Source of the DNA: Trichosphaerium sp. ATCC 40318
Lineage: Eukaryota; Protista; Tubulinea
Assembly (NCBI GenBank): GCA_038496445.1
Contig: JALMLS010000213.1
Coordinates: forward strand, 248,001-312,000
Direction of reading: 5' to 3'
Length of the DNA stretch: 64,000 nucleotides
Under the pieces are notes generated by a model. It ran no database searches, had not been told where the DNA came from, and saw nothing but the letters and a program-made list of their open reading frames with translations. The position numbers were made by a program, and so were the translations under genes. How positions within the stretch are numbered: the stretch's first letter is position 1; each line of letters begins with the position of its first letter. Positions 62,844 through 64,000 of the stretch are shown piece after piece.

Positions 62844-63944
62844 TTATTGTATACTACACGACTTGTTTGGTTGATGGTTCAATGGATTGAACTCTTTTTC
62901 CACTCTACCATAATCAAAATAGAAGTGGTCATTTAACTTGCCATTTTCAAGCCACGTTTTAAGCTCTCCATGTAGCTCTCCATATACATAACAACATTGT
63001 TTAGATAATTGACCATTCTCAAACCAATGCTTACACTCTCCGTCAAGTTTATCATTAACATACCTACACTTTGTGACTAATCTCCCATTTGTTTGCCATT
63101 CCCTATACTCACCATCACGTTTACCATTTACATAACAACAAATATCCCGTATTTGACCACCCTGATACCAACGCTTGCACTCTCCTTCTAGTTTATCATT
63201 GACATACTGAAAATGGCAAAACAACTGACCATCCTCATACCACTCCTTACATGCTCCTTCACGTTTATCATTAGCATATTGACACTGTATATGTGATGTA
63301 CCATCTTCATACCACTGTCTATACTCACCATTTCGCTTACCTTGTACAAAATAGCACCTCAGTTCCATGTTACCTGACGAGGCATGCCAACGCTTGTACT
63401 CTCCTTCACGTTTTCCTTTCACGTAATTACAGTGTTCCTCTAATTGTCCATTTCTAAGCCAACTCTTATAATCCCCTTCTTCTTTACCTTGTTTGTGATA
63501 ACATAGCTTTCGTATATACCCATTATCATGCCAACACTTGTATTTTCCTTCAAGCAGACCATTGACAGAAACACACTTAATATAAAGTTTACCATTCGAG
63601 TGCCAATGCTTGTGTTCTCCCTCACGTAACCCATTGACATAGATACAATGTTCTATTAGTTGTCCATTGACATGCCACTTCTTATAATCGCCATCAAGTT
63701 GACCATGTTTCCAATGCTCTTGACATACAACTTTTGATTTGATGGGAGCATCTTTGTCAACTGTAATTTTTAGCCATTTGCCATGTTTCTTCAGTTCGCA
63801 ATCAAACCTTGTTGTCACTGCGTTGTGTTTTGATAAACAAGGCCACTTTGAATACAATTTACAGTCTAAATCAACGATATCGAGGTGTATTTCAATGGGA
63901 AGGCGAAATAAGTGGCAATCGCCCACAGGTACTGAGTTATTCAT
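62844..63944 (-). CDS. Intronless F-box-like + MORN-variant repeat protein (long paralogue)
   Basis: N-terminus almost identical to 61766-62428, followed by about 11 x 24-aa repeats. Confidence 0.87.
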   Translation of the reverse strand: MNNSVPVGDCHLFRLPIEIHLDIVDLDCKLYSKWPCLSKHNAVTTRFDCELKKHGKWLKITVDKDAPIKSKVVCQEHWKHGQLDGDYKKWHVNGQLIEHCIYVNGLREGEHKHWHSNGKLYIKCVSVNGLLEGKYKCWHDNGYIRKLCYHKQGKEEGDYKSWLRNGQLEEHCNYVKGKREGEYKRWHASSGNMELRCYFVQGKRNGEYRQWYEDGTSHIQCQYANDKREGACKEWYEDGQLFCHFQYVNDKLEGECKRWYQGGQIRDICCYVNGKRDGEYREWQTNGRLVTKCRYVNDKLDGECKHWFENGQLSKQCCYVYGELHGELKTWLENGKLNDHFYFDYGRVEKEFNPLNHQPNKSCSIQ

Positions 63945-64000
63945 CTTATTAATCTGTATTTAGGTAAATAAATATTCAACTGTTATGATACAACAACTAC

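Noticed and set aside
50076-63944. Endogenous giant-virus insertion
   Set aside because: No viral hallmark genes (capsid, PolB, A32 ATPase) and no clear boundaries. Intronless genes alternate with spliced host-type genes.

Overview
Gene-dense, AT-rich eukaryotic DNA with many short GT-AG and several GC-AG introns. It is most consistent with an amoebozoan-like protist, which is my inference and not a database result. Conserved intron-rich genes include VPS35L, an active myotubularin, a PHF12/Rco1-like double-PHD protein, PTAR1, gluconokinase, a METTL21-family methyltransferase, a divergent actin, a BTB protein, a CH-domain scaffold and a receptor tyrosine-kinase-like protein. Interspersed with them are: (i) two paralogues of an unrecognised ~65-70 aa Trp-rich tandem-repeat family, one fused to a PD-(D/E)xK-like nuclease domain and one stopping just before it; (ii) a DEP domain fused to a bacterial-type MerA-like flavoprotein disulfide reductase, with two introns each carrying a tRNA gene; (iii) mostly intronless F-box-like genes with MORN-variant, LRR or Yippee-like modules showing recent duplication and decay; (iv) a Rab1-derived GTPase with a predicted N-myristoyl signal, no prenylation Cys and a duplicated 3' end; (v) strong enrichment of the palindrome CACGTG. 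Exon structures were reconstructed by eye, so gene boundaries are approximate.
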